64,000 nucleotides of DNA from the human T2T-CHM13v2.0 reference genome, Homo sapiens. Location: NCBI RefSeq assembly GCF_009914755.1, contig NC_060944.1, one strand, 5' to 3'. Shown here in pieces: positions 63,591 through 64,000 of the stretch (the stretch's first letter is position 1; each line of letters starts with the position of its first letter). The notes under the pieces are model-generated. The model ran no database searches. It saw nothing but the letters and a program-made list of their open reading frames with translations, and was not told the DNA's origin. A program made the position numbers and the translations under genes.

Positions 63591-64000
63591 ACACAGCATG
63601 AGGACGGCCAGCATCCTCGCCAGTCCAGGGCCACACAGTGGTCTCTTTCTGTGCTGAGCTGGAGGCTCGAGGCCGTGGATGGACCCTGAAGCTGCGCAGG
63701 CTGTGAGGGCGCCCTGGTGCTTCCTCTCAGTGTCAGCTCTTTGGGGAACACAAAAGATGAACCGTAGGGAGCGATTACTCAGAACCATAATTTGCACTTA
63801 GATTGATTTTAATCGGCAGCACATTAGAAAGGCGCATGTGATCACCATTTAATGACTGTGATGTGCGTAATCCATTTTATTCTCAGCTGGCTCCTGTGGT
63901 AATTACATTTCTCTTGTGTTTAATTCATAACTTGATCATTTATTCCAAGTCGTGTTGGGCTTGGACCTCGGGCTCTCGGGAGCGGCCGTGACGGAGCTCA

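Overview
Human (or near-identical great-ape) GC-rich subtelomeric-type DNA containing the complete SLCO4A1 (OATP4A1/OATP-E) gene on the + strand, i.e. the 20q13.33 locus. A CpG-island promoter and non-coding exon 1 (donor after 23273) are followed by 11 coding exons (37119-52586). These splice with GT-AG sites and consistent phases into 2169 nt, i.e. 722 aa, with the OATP signature ([10 protein letters not shown]), a Kazal-like Cys-rich loop and a C-terminal PDZ-type motif (QSSV). The rest is Alu, L1, L2, MIR, MaLR/ERV LTR and DNA-transposon relics plus many VNTRs and short tandem duplications. Apart from the fragments overlapping SLCO4A1 exons, the ORF track is GC or repeat noise. Most notable unexplained structures: (1) a 9-copy 19-20 bp array ~5 kb upstream of the promoter whose unit is essentially a consensus MTF-1 metal-response element; (2) an exon-6 splice acceptor built from the last copy of a 45-bp, frame-preserving, stop-free VNTR with cryptic AGs in every copy; (3) a 94-nt (TGAGGG)n/(CCCTCA)n fold-back hairpin in intron 1; (4) an old L1 3' end apparently converted by AT->GC changes into an NRF1/ETS/GC-box cluster; (5) a 217-bp orphan insert flanked by a 10-bp duplication. 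Repeat subfamily names are from recalled consensus sequences and all functional ideas are untested hypotheses.
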